Assembly: GCA_012517195.1 (NCBI GenBank)
Contig: JAAYVK010000039.1
Location: forward strand, 85-64,084
From: Synergistaceae bacterium
GTDB taxonomy: Bacteria; Synergistota; Synergistia; Synergistales; 79-D21
Length of the DNA: 64,000 nucleotides
Direction of reading: 5' to 3'
Shown here: positions 16,991-25,334 of the stretch, piece by piece
Position numbering within the stretch: the first letter of the stretch is position 1
How the letters are laid out: every line of letters begins with the position of its first letter
The notes under the pieces: generated by a model
What the model was told of the DNA's origin: nothing
The model's input: the letters and a program-made list of their open reading frames with translations, nothing else
The model's database searches: none
Translations under genes and position numbers: made by a program

Positions 16991-18358
16991 CTATTTCGAA
17001 AACTGGTAAAACACGCCGACGATATCGCTTGCGGGGTCATGCCCAGGCTCCAGCCGCTCGTAATAGAGCCCCCACCGCGGCTTGACGTACCATTTTCCCC
17101 GAAAAGCCCAGCTTCCACCCTGTTCATCCCACCACTCGGCGGAAAGGAAAAGGGGAAAATCAGACCGGAAATCCAGGGCGGCACCGATTCCTACGTCCCC
17201 CCGCACAATCCCTCCCCAGACGCGTCCCCATGCAGTACGGTATAGGGCTGAAGCGGTAAGCCTGCTTCCATTGCCAAGTCCGGTTCCTTCCAAAAGAAGG
17301 TTCCAGGGAGAGCCGTCCTTTCCAAGGAGGAGGGAAAAATCCATCGCCAGTCCATCCTGGTCATCCTTCCCGGCTACGGAACGGTGGAGGGCAACCTCGC
17401 CCGACGCGCGGATCGATCCGACAGCGGAAACGATTCGCCCGGCTCCCTGGAGGGTTTGCTTCAGGTTTATCCGGCTCTCCTTCTCCCCGGAGGTCGGAGT
17501 GGAATCTCCCAGGGCATCGGAAAGGCTTGAGGAAAGCGCCTCGATTCCCCTGGCGGCTTTTGAAAGATTCCGGATGGCTTCACGCATCTCTTTTCCGGCC
17601 ATTCTATCTTCGTCAAACTGGGCAAACGTTTCATCCGCCCTCTTCAGGAGGGAGGCCAGGGAAGCGATGGATTTTCGCACCTCTTCCCTGTTTTCGAGAA
17701 CGACTTGATCCAGGTGGCTTCCAAGTTCCTGGAGACGGTCGGAAAGCACTTTGATCTGCTTTCGCCCCATTCGTCCAAGTTCCTGGATTTCGGTCCCGGC
17801 CGCCCCGATTCGGCGCATCGCAGAACGGCTGTCCTCTACGAGATCCGGCAGGTTGTCGAGCGCCTTCCCCAGCCTTGCTTTCCGTTCCGGATCACCGAGA
17901 ACCTCGTTGAAATTCTCAAAGGTTGCCCCGAGTGCTTTCAGGTTTTTCTGGATCTCTTCGAGGACGGAATCGAAATCGGGAGGTATTTCCCCGGAAAGCC
18001 GATCACCGGGCTGAAAATACTCCAGGCTCGATCCCCGCTCAATTCGGAGAACCGGCTTTCCTAAAAGGCCCCCCGTTCCGATCAGGATTTTACTGTCCTT
18101 GGGAATCCTCACCGACGGGTCCAGGACCACGGTGACGATTACCCCTTCTGGCGCTAACTTCAAGGTCCGAACCGCACCCGACTCGAGGCCGGAAACGTAG
18201 GCCGGCGCCCCCTGCTCCAGCCCCATTGCGTCCCGGAAGAGGATCTCGTAGGAATTGCCGCCATGCCTGAATAAGGCCCCGCCCGTTATGAAGACCATCC
18301 CGCCCAGAGCAAGAAGGGCGAGAAAGACCGTCAGGCCGACCTTGAACTCCCTGTTCAT
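16991..18358 (-). CDS. mlaD: MlaD-like MCE-domain protein with long helical and beta-rich C-terminal extension
   Basis: N-terminal TM helix (KVGLTVFLALLALGGMVFI) and MCE domain (YEILFRDAMGLEQGAPAYVSGLESGAVRTLKL..KILIGTGGLLGKPVLRIE). About 180 aa of heptad-like helical sequence follow, then about 125 aa that are aromatic/Gly-rich with alternating hydrophobicity, ending VGVFYQFSK. ATG at 18358 forms an ATGA overlap with mlaF. Confidence 0.8.
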   Translation of the reverse strand: MNREFKVGLTVFLALLALGGMVFITGGALFRHGGNSYEILFRDAMGLEQGAPAYVSGLESGAVRTLKLAPEGVIVTVVLDPSVRIPKDSKILIGTGGLLGKPVLRIERGSSLEYFQPGDRLSGEIPPDFDSVLEEIQKNLKALGATFENFNEVLGDPERKARLGKALDNLPDLVEDSRSAMRRIGAAGTEIQELGRMGRKQIKVLSDRLQELGSHLDQVVLENREEVRKSIASLASLLKRADETFAQFDEDRMAGKEMREAIRNLSKAARGIEALSSSLSDALGDSTPTSGEKESRINLKQTLQGAGRIVSAVGSIRASGEVALHRSVAGKDDQDGLAMDFSLLLGKDGSPWNLLLEGTGLGNGSRLTASALYRTAWGRVWGGIVRGDVGIGAALDFRSDFPLFLSAEWWDEQGGSWAFRGKWYVKPRWGLYYERLEPGHDPASDIVGVFYQFSK

Positions 18359-19128
18359 GGACACACCGTCCTTCCTGCCCGGACAGGGCGAAGCCCCGTT
18401 GCGAACTTCCTGACGTTCGGATCCTCGGAGGTTTTCCATTCTTCAGGAGTTCCTCTCCAGGAGATTTTTCCCCGGTCCATCAGGAGAATTGTATCCGAAA
18501 TCCCGATGGCAGTGACCAGATCATGGGTCACCGCGAGGATTCCCAGATTTCGCCGCTTTCCGATTTCCGAAACGAGACGGTCGATGTGGCGCGCAGTTTG
18601 CGGATCCAGCCCGGTTGTCGGTTCATCGAGCAAAAGAATATCGGGTTCGTGAACGAGGGCTCGCGCGATGGCAATCCTCTTTTTCATGCCGCCCGATAGT
18701 TCGGCCGGCATCAGCGATTCGGTCCCGGGCAATTCAACCTGCTCCAGAACTTCGAATACTCGCCTCTCGATCTCTCCTTCGTCCGTGAGGCCAAGGCAGT
18801 AGCGCAAGGGGAAAGCGACATTTTCGCCCACGTTCAGGGAGTCAAAAAGAGCCCCTCCCTGGAAAACGATACCGATCCTCCGTTTCAGATCGATGGTGGA
18901 TTCGTCGTCCTCAGGATGCGTCATCTCCCTGCCGAAGAGGGTGATTTTACCGCGATCGGGCTTGATCAGTCCCACGATCATCCGGAGCACCGTCGTCTTA
19001 CCGCACCCCGAAGGACCCATCAGGGAAAGGGTTTCTCCGGCCGACAGTGCCAGGTCGATTCCCCTGAGGACGGCGTTTTCCCCGAAAGATTTTTCGATGG
19101 CGGTGGCTTCGAGAAGACAGGCCTTCAC
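18355..19128 (-). CDS. mlaF: ABC transporter ATP-binding protein MlaF
   Basis: Walker A GPSGCGKTT, signature LSGGMKKR, Walker B LLLDEPT. Coupled to mlaE and mlaD. Confidence 0.88.
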   Translation of the reverse strand: MKACLLEATAIEKSFGENAVLRGIDLALSAGETLSLMGPSGCGKTTVLRMIVGLIKPDRGKITLFGREMTHPEDDESTIDLKRRIGIVFQGGALFDSLNVGENVAFPLRYCLGLTDEGEIERRVFEVLEQVELPGTESLMPAELSGGMKKRIAIARALVHEPDILLLDEPTTGLDPQTARHIDRLVSEIGKRRNLGILAVTHDLVTAIGISDTILLMDRGKISWRGTPEEWKTSEDPNVRKFATGLRPVRAGRTVCP

Positions 19129-19901
19129 CGGATGCCTCCGAAAAGAATCGTTGAAAGGATGTAGTTGAACGCCAGAATCAGCATATTGCTCCAGACCACC
19201 GCCCGCGTCGTTGCCTCGCCGACGCCGATGGCTCCGTTGCCCGCACGGAAGCCCTCCGCGCAGGCCGTTGTCGAGATGATGATGCCGAAAAACGCGGCCT
19301 TCAGGAGCCCCCCAAAGATGTCCGAAGGCTCCAGGAGAGCCTCCAGCGATTTCAGGAAGGTTACGCTATGGATTCCCCGCGTAACCACGAATAGGTAGCC
19401 GCCGCCGATTCCGATAACAAAGGAATAGATGGTAAGCAGCGGGAGCATGACCAGGCCCGCAACAAGCCGGGGAGAACCCACGAAGGCCACATCGTCCAAC
19501 CCGAAAGCCTGCAGGGCATCCAGCTGCTCGGTGATCCGCATGGAGCTGATCTCGGCGGCCATGGCGGCTCCCACCCGTCCGGTCACCACGAGCCCGGTCA
19601 GGACCGGGGACATTCCACGGACCATGCTGAGTCCAATGACCCCCCCGATGTAGTTGGTCGCTCCGAACCGAACGAATTGGTCGATCGTCTGGACAGCCAT
19701 GACCATTCCCGTGAAGGCGCTGGTGATGGAAACGACAAAAATCGAGCTCACGCCGACACGCTCCAGCTGTTTGGACAGATCCGTACGGCTCCATTTCCCC
19801 CGGAAGATGCCCCGCGCGGATTTCAGGAGGAAGAGGGAAAAAAATCCCAGGGTTTCAAAAAAGCCGATTGCAATCTTTCCAAGCCACCGGAAGATTTCCA
19901 T
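19125..19901 (-). CDS. mlaE: ABC transporter permease MlaE
   Basis: MlaE/Ttg2B-like multi-pass permease (QLERVGVSSIFVV..GAAMAAEISSMRITEQLDAL). ATGA overlap with mlaF. Confidence 0.88.
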   Translation of the reverse strand: MEIFRWLGKIAIGFFETLGFFSLFLLKSARGIFRGKWSRTDLSKQLERVGVSSIFVVSITSAFTGMVMAVQTIDQFVRFGATNYIGGVIGLSMVRGMSPVLTGLVVTGRVGAAMAAEISSMRITEQLDALQAFGLDDVAFVGSPRLVAGLVMLPLLTIYSFVIGIGGGYLFVVTRGIHSVTFLKSLEALLEPSDIFGGLLKAAFFGIIISTTACAEGFRAGNGAIGVGEATTRAVVWSNMLILAFNYILSTILFGGIR

Positions 19902-19907
19902 TAAAAC

Positions 19908-21746
19908 CTATTCCTCCGCGTTCTCGGATCCCACGGAAATTTCCCTTTGCTGCAGCCCGTCCACGTAGTAATTCGTGCTGTAAATCCTCATCGAGCCCTC
20001 TTTCAGCTTTTTCTCGGTGATTTCGCTCAGAAGTTCCGGCTTTTCATCAGCCGGTTCAGAGCCTTTCCCCTTCCGGAGCGGGTCCTTGCCCCCCGGGGTT
20101 CCTGGTGCGAGGATTTCCACGACAACCTGGTTATTGGTTTCACGGACGGAAAGTTCCTTCAGCAAAGTGGGAAAATCCCGAATGGTCGTCTTTCCTTCCA
20201 TGATCGATTCCTGTCCCGGCTCGTTGATTCCCCCTCCCCGGACGACAACCATGCTGCGGCCCGATGCCTCCTTCGGTACCGTCAGCTCGAAGGAGCGCAT
20301 GAACGGATCCTTGCGGTAGGGTCTGAGCCTGACTTCGATCTTCAGCTTTTCGCCCGGGTTGATTTTTTTCCTGTCCAGTTTCACGTCCTCTATGAGGAGG
20401 ATGCGGGGTTCCGAGGTCATTTCCAGATCCAGGCGGAACCCCAGGGGGGCGATTTCCGTGAAGGGGTTCAGCGCGAACGTTTCCATCAATTCTTTCAGTT
20501 CTTTCAGAACTTCCTTTGTCAGGTCCTTGTCGGAGAAGAAAAGATTATTCCTGCCCCAGCCGCCGGGCAAATTGGGGCCCGTTACCGAAAGGTTAAGCCG
20601 GGCTGTTCCTGCCCCAACCCTTCCCCATAGATCGTCCAGAAGACCGGTCAGGGCCTCCGGCGCAAGCTTGCCGAGAAGAAAGGGCGACAGGGCCACATGA
20701 AACCGCTTCGTTTGCTTCGACTTGTTGTCCACATCGTCGAAGCGGATCGTGAAATCATAAGAGGGAGGATAAACGTTGAGCTTTCCGCCGATCGCCTGGG
20801 GCCTGTCCTGCGTCACGGTTCCGATGATGCTCAGGGGCGATCCCAGCTTGAAGGGGGATTCGATGCTGGGAATCACTTCGTGCACCCAGGCTTCCGTGAG
20901 AGGAAAAGCGACCGCCCCGCTGTTCAGGAAAGGATGGGCGAAGGCGAGGAACCTTCCGTCGTCGGAAAGGGCGGTCAGCGTCCCGGTGGCCCCGATGTTG
21001 ACGTCTCCCCATGCCAGCATCACTCCGACGGCTTCCCCGGGTCTCAGCCCGGAAACCTTTCTGACAGGAGGAACCGCGTCGTCCTTTCCTCCGCCAGCAG
21101 CAAGGATGTTCTGCCGGATTTCCCTGGACAGCGATTCCACGGCCCGGAGGCTCATCCCGTCTGCGAGAAGGACGGTCATCGGGGCCTTTTCTTCAAGGCT
21201 GTCTTCAGAAACCGGAGGGTTTTCCTCAGGGGAAGCCTCCCCGGAGGATTCATCCGCCGAGGCGACATCAGGGGAAACAAGTCCCTTTTCCTGCATCGGG
21301 GGCTGGAAAAAAGGCGGGATCCTGTCTTTCCAGTCAAAAACGGCCATCATGTCTTCGATCGGCGTAACGAGGCCAAGGCGATGGTCGCTGAAGTTCCAGC
21401 CGTATCCGATTGCACCGATCAATTTCCCCCCGACGTAGACAGGGCTTCCGCTCATGCCTGCGGCGATTCCTCCGGTCTTTTCGATCAGAGGCCCCTCTGC
21501 CCGGATCAGGATCAGGTGCCTGGGAAGTCCTTTCCTGGGAACAACGCTGAGGATGGTGACCGGGAAGGTCTCCACCTTCTGTCCCTTCAGGACGGTTCGT
21601 GCTTCTCCCCGCATTCCCGGTCGGAGTTCGCTCGCCTTCAGCACCGGATCCCTGGGTTTGAAGTCTGCGCCTTCCGAAAGGAAGGGGAAGAAAAGAACCA
21701 GAAAGGCAATGAAAATAAACGTCCATTTCCGGCAGGAATTTTTCAT
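19908..21746 (-). CDS. secreted SpoIVB-like peptidase S55 domain protein
   Basis: Signal peptide (WTFIFIAFLVLFFPFLSEGA). S55-type serine motif GGIAAGMSGSPVYVGGKLIGAIGYG. About 470 aa of unassigned C-terminal sequence. ATGA overlap with the prfB stop. Confidence 0.7.
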   Translation of the reverse strand: MKNSCRKWTFIFIAFLVLFFPFLSEGADFKPRDPVLKASELRPGMRGEARTVLKGQKVETFPVTILSVVPRKGLPRHLILIRAEGPLIEKTGGIAAGMSGSPVYVGGKLIGAIGYGWNFSDHRLGLVTPIEDMMAVFDWKDRIPPFFQPPMQEKGLVSPDVASADESSGEASPEENPPVSEDSLEEKAPMTVLLADGMSLRAVESLSREIRQNILAAGGGKDDAVPPVRKVSGLRPGEAVGVMLAWGDVNIGATGTLTALSDDGRFLAFAHPFLNSGAVAFPLTEAWVHEVIPSIESPFKLGSPLSIIGTVTQDRPQAIGGKLNVYPPSYDFTIRFDDVDNKSKQTKRFHVALSPFLLGKLAPEALTGLLDDLWGRVGAGTARLNLSVTGPNLPGGWGRNNLFFSDKDLTKEVLKELKELMETFALNPFTEIAPLGFRLDLEMTSEPRILLIEDVKLDRKKINPGEKLKIEVRLRPYRKDPFMRSFELTVPKEASGRSMVVVRGGGINEPGQESIMEGKTTIRDFPTLLKELSVRETNNQVVVEILAPGTPGGKDPLRKGKGSEPADEKPELLSEITEKKLKEGSMRIYSTNYYVDGLQQREISVGSENAEE

Positions 21747-22880
21747 TCTGTCCTCTCTCCCCGGTCAGAAACCGGCTGTTTCCCCGATTTTCGATAGTTG
21801 AGCGCGGCCATGAGGAAGTCGTCGATTTCCCCGTCGAGCACGGCCTGAACGTTTCCAGTCTCGCATCCCGTTCTGTGATCCTTTACAAGAGTGTAGGGAT
21901 GGAGGACGTAGGACCGGATCTGGCTGCCCCATCCGATTTCCTTCTTTTCGCCCTTCAGGGCTTCCAGCTGTTCCCTGCGTTCCTTCAGAACCCTTTCAAA
22001 CAGGCGGGCTCTCAAAAGCTGCATTGCAACCTGCCGATTCATGTGCTGGGAACGCTCCGTCTGGCAGCCGACCACGATCCCCGTCGGTATATGCTTGATC
22101 CGGACAGCGGAGTCCGTCATATTGACATACTGGCCTCCCGCCCCGCTCGCCCGGCACGTCTGAAGCTCGAGGTCCTCGGGGCGGATTTCGATTTCCACGC
22201 TTTCAGGAAGTTCTGGAGCGACCTCCACGGAAGCGAAACTCGTGTGCCGGCGTTTTGCCGCATCAAAGGGGGAAATCCTCACGAGGCGGTGAACTCCCTG
22301 CTCCCCTGAAAGGAACCCATAGGCGTAGGGGCCTTTGATCATGAAGGTGACACTCTTGATGCCCGCCTCGTCATCCTGCAGCAGGTCGAAGACCCGCGTT
22401 TCCATCCCGTGCGATTCCGCCCAGCGCATGTAGATCCGAAAAAGCATTTCGGCCCAGTCCTGCGAGTCGAGCCCCCCGGCGCCAGGGTGGATCGAAAGGA
22501 TGGCGTTGGCGTCATCATATTCCTGTCCCATCAGGAGAATGATCTGGTCGTTCTTGATTGACTTCTTCAAGACTCCCGATCGGGCGTAGAATTCAGCCAA
22601 AAGCTCGGGATCTTCGTTTTCCGCCAGGATTTCCGCCAATATCTCCAGTTCATCGAGCTCTCTTCTGATCGTATTCCAGAGATCGATCCTCGAATTCAAC
22701 TGGGACAGTTCGCGAAGGATTTCCTGTGAGTTCGGCCGATTCCAGAAATCGGGGACAAGGGTTTCCTGGGTCAGCGCGGCTGCGCGCTTTTCAAGAGACG
22801 CGGGGTCAAAGGCTGTCCTGGAACTCGCGAGCCAGCGAGTGCAGTTCCTCCAGTACGGTTCGAATCGGTACGAATGCCAT
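21743..22880 (-). CDS. prfB: peptide chain release factor 2, programmed +1 frameshift: join(22880..22809, 22807..21743) on the minus strand
   Basis: ATG at 22880 (SD GGGAGGAA) opens 24 codons ending CTT TGA C. The +1 frame continues DPASLEKRAAAL..PDFW.. into the 318-aa ORF with SPF (RISPFDA) and GGQ (GAGGQYVN). Confidence 0.93.
22805..22811 (-). other. RF2 +1 frameshift site CTT TGA C
   Basis: Minus-strand reading of 22811..22805 is CTTTGAC. The in-frame TGA is at 22808-22806. Confidence 0.9.
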
Positions 22881-22977
22881 TAGCTGTTCCTCCCTGGAAG
22901 GCATGAAACCGGAGATTGCCCGGCGTTAAAAAAGATTATAACATCGTGTCAGAGCAGACCGAAGAGGGGTTGATCCC

Positions 22978-23979
22978 GTGCAGAAGGCATCTCCAACCAA
23001 GCTGGCCATTCTGGACAAACTGGTTTCCGCGGCGCCTGAAATGGTCCCGAGCGGGGAACTGGTGGCAAGCCTGAAGGTGACCCGCCAGGCGATCTGGAAA
23101 GGGATTGAAAGCCTTCGGGAAGAGACGATCGGAATTGAATCGGTCCCGAATCGGGGATACCGTTTCGCTTCTCCGCCGACTTTCGACCTGAGCCCATCGT
23201 GGCTGGAATACAGCCTCAAGGGATGTCCCCTGGGGCATCCAATCCTTGTTTTCGACAGCGTGGAATCAACCCAGGAAATCGTAAAGGAAGCCGCGAGGCA
23301 GAACATGCCGGCCGGCCTCGTTGCCCTGGCTGAAGAACAACGGTCCGGAAGAGGGCGCATGGGAAGGATTTGGCTTTCTCCGACGGGGGGTAACCTGTAC
23401 GCCTCAATTCTGCTTCGGCCCCGCATCTCCCCCATGCAGATCCAGCTGGTGAACCTCGCAGCCGGGCTGGCAGCCCAGATGACTCTGGAAAGCCTTTTCC
23501 GCGTCCGCTGCTCCCTGAAATGGCCGAATGACCTGCTTTGGAAAGGGCGGAAGCTATGCGGAATCCTGAGCGAAACTGCCAGCGAAACGGACCGGGTTCA
23601 TTACGCCGTTACAGGAATTGGTCTGAATGTCAACATGAGCGTGGAGGAACTCGTTTCTGCCGGTGCTGAAAACCCCTGCTCCCTTCTTGAGATCAGGGGT
23701 GAAAAATCAGACAGGGGGGAGATCCTGGCGGGAATTCTCCGGCGACTGGCGGAAATGATCGAAACGCTTGAAACCGGAGGAATGCAGCGCTTGGTCAGCC
23801 TTTACCGCCAGCGCTGCAGCACCCTTGGGAAAGAGATCCGGATTCTGACAGACTCGGGAATTGATTATGGAATTGCCGAAAACATCACCCCGGATGGAGC
23901 GCTCGAGGTGAATGTCCAGGGAACCCTTCGAATCTATTCCGCCGCGGATGTGCTTCACGTCAGGGCTTCACAGGACTGA
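22978..23979 (+). CDS. birA: bifunctional biotin-[acetyl-CoA-carboxylase] ligase / transcriptional repressor
   Basis: N-terminal wHTH (SGELVASLKVTRQAIWKGIESLREE..NRGYRF). Ligase core (EEQRSGRGRMGRIWLSPTGGNLYASILL, KWPNDLL..GRKLCGIL). GTG at 22978 has SD GAGGGG 8 nt upstream. Confidence 0.9.
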   Translation: MQKASPTKLAILDKLVSAAPEMVPSGELVASLKVTRQAIWKGIESLREETIGIESVPNRGYRFASPPTFDLSPSWLEYSLKGCPLGHPILVFDSVESTQEIVKEAARQNMPAGLVALAEEQRSGRGRMGRIWLSPTGGNLYASILLRPRISPMQIQLVNLAAGLAAQMTLESLFRVRCSLKWPNDLLWKGRKLCGILSETASETDRVHYAVTGIGLNVNMSVEELVSAGAENPCSLLEIRGEKSDRGEILAGILRRLAEMIETLETGGMQRLVSLYRQRCSTLGKEIRILTDSGIDYGIAENITPDGALEVNVQGTLRIYSAADVLHVRASQD

Positions 23980-24781
23980 TCCGTTTCCCCGAAGCGTTCC
24001 AGATCGTGAGGTAAATATCGTGCAGGATCGTCAGCATCTCCTTTTCAAGGGTCGGTGCCGGTATCGCCGCCAGCCGGGGAATCCCCCGGGTTTTTTCTTT
24101 CACGGTTGAGGAGGTCCACGGGTCCACCACAACCACCCACCCCTTTTGAGAGGCTTCCTGCAGCGCGATGGAAAGGGTCTCGAGAGATTGCCCCTTTTCC
24201 CAGAGCGACAGGACCCTGTCGGGCGGGCGGACGGGCTTTTCGACGGCTGCCCGTATCCATTCGCCGGAATAGCCCGTCAAATCCAGGACCTGCGTTCCTT
24301 TCAGCAGCCTTTTCCCAACGCTTACCGTCGTTTCCGTGCGCGACTGGAATTCTGCGAGCCTTCTCTGGTAATAGGCATAGTTCTGGGGATCAATGGAGGA
24401 AAGCGCTCCCAAAAGCCTTTGCCCGATGAAAGCCAGAGAAGACGGGTCCAGGAAGGAAGAGACTTTCACAGGAGCTGCCGTGCCCGTTTCACCGAACAGG
24501 AACCTCACCTGGCGGTCCTTGACGCCGAAAGCCTTCGCTTCCGAGGGATCCATGGCGATGACGGGGAGCATGCGGCTGGGCCTGGAAGTACGGACGGTTC
24601 GCCCGCCTGGATCCCAACCGGAGAGAGGGTGAACGCGGACTTGAATCCCCCCCACGAAACGCACCATCAAAGTCAGCCACGGAGAGGTGACGGCAATATC
24701 CCTCGCCGCGGCTGCCTTTCCGCAGAAGCAAAGAAGAAGCAGAAAGCCAGCGAAAACCCTAGCGGCTCCCCGGTTTTTCAA
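23960..24781 (-). CDS. exported TroA/ZnuA-like (cluster A-I solute-binding fold) protein, metal ligands not conserved
   Basis: Signal peptide (VFAGFLLLLCFCGKAAAA). IAVTSPWLTLMVRFVGG and FLDPSSLAFIGQRLLGALSSIDPQNYAYYQRRLAEFQ resemble the ZnuA blocks (V.TS..PL..L...V.GD and DPH.WL.P.NA......I...L...DP.N...Y..N...F), but the His positions read Ser, Leu or Thr. The functional call is tentative. Confidence 0.5.
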   Translation of the reverse strand: MKNRGAARVFAGFLLLLCFCGKAAAARDIAVTSPWLTLMVRFVGGIQVRVHPLSGWDPGGRTVRTSRPSRMLPVIAMDPSEAKAFGVKDRQVRFLFGETGTAAPVKVSSFLDPSSLAFIGQRLLGALSSIDPQNYAYYQRRLAEFQSRTETTVSVGKRLLKGTQVLDLTGYSGEWIRAAVEKPVRPPDRVLSLWEKGQSLETLSIALQEASQKGWVVVVDPWTSSTVKEKTRGIPRLAAIPAPTLEKEMLTILHDIYLTIWNASGKRISPVKP

Positions 24782-25334
24782 TCGGGATGCCCTCCCTGCA
24801 GAGCGGACACTCTTCCGCCGTGTAAGTCGGGAATGTTGCCTGCCACAGGGAATGAAGGGGATGGGGGAAGGTCGCCTTTCCCCCGCTTCGGTCCACGATG
24901 CAGCCCGTCCCCACCCAATGGGCGCCTGCAGCCTGGATCAGGTTCCCGACTTCCAGGGCTGAACCGCCCGTAGTGATCACGTCCTCGACAACTACAAAAC
25001 GGATCGGCCCCGGTTTGGGAAACCGCCTGAGCTTCATCGCTCCGTTTTCTCTTTCCGCAAAGTAGAAGGGAACGTCAAGGTGCCGTGCAACCTCGTGGCC
25101 GATGATCAGCCCCCCAAGGGCAGGGGCGAAAACGGCCCCGGGATTCAGAGAGGCAAGGCAGGCTGCCAGTTCGCGGCCCGCATGTTCCGCATACCTCGGG
25201 ACGCTCAGCAGGAGTGCGCATTGCATGTAGTGACCGCTGTGCAACCCGGAGGTGAGCCGAAAATGCCCCTCAAGGAAAGCCCCTGTTTCCTTCATCATGG
25301 AAAGGAGCGATGTTTCTTTCAGCTTTTCCGGCAA
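24759..25334 (-). CDS. pyrE: orotate phosphoribosyltransferase
   Basis: GAFLEGHFRLTSGLHSGHY.. and the PRPP loop VVVEDVITTGGS. Last enzyme-coding gene of the pyr string. Confidence 0.92.
   Translation of the reverse strand: MPEKLKETSLLSMMKETGAFLEGHFRLTSGLHSGHYMQCALLLSVPRYAEHAGRELAACLASLNPGAVFAPALGGLIIGHEVARHLDVPFYFAERENGAMKLRRFPKPGPIRFVVVEDVITTGGSALEVGNLIQAAGAHWVGTGCIVDRSGGKATFPHPLHSLWQATFPTYTAEECPLCREGIPIEKPGSR

Noticed and set aside
22726-22929. 67-aa plus-strand ORF in the prfB-birA divergent region
   Set aside because: It is antisense to the prfB leader and frameshift segment, and has no SD or motif.
22881-22977. BirA operator in the prfB/birA divergent region
   Set aside because: I could not find a convincing long inverted repeat of the TGTTAAC..GTTAACA type. 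The candidate promoter there (TTGCCC-15-TATAAC) has poor spacing.
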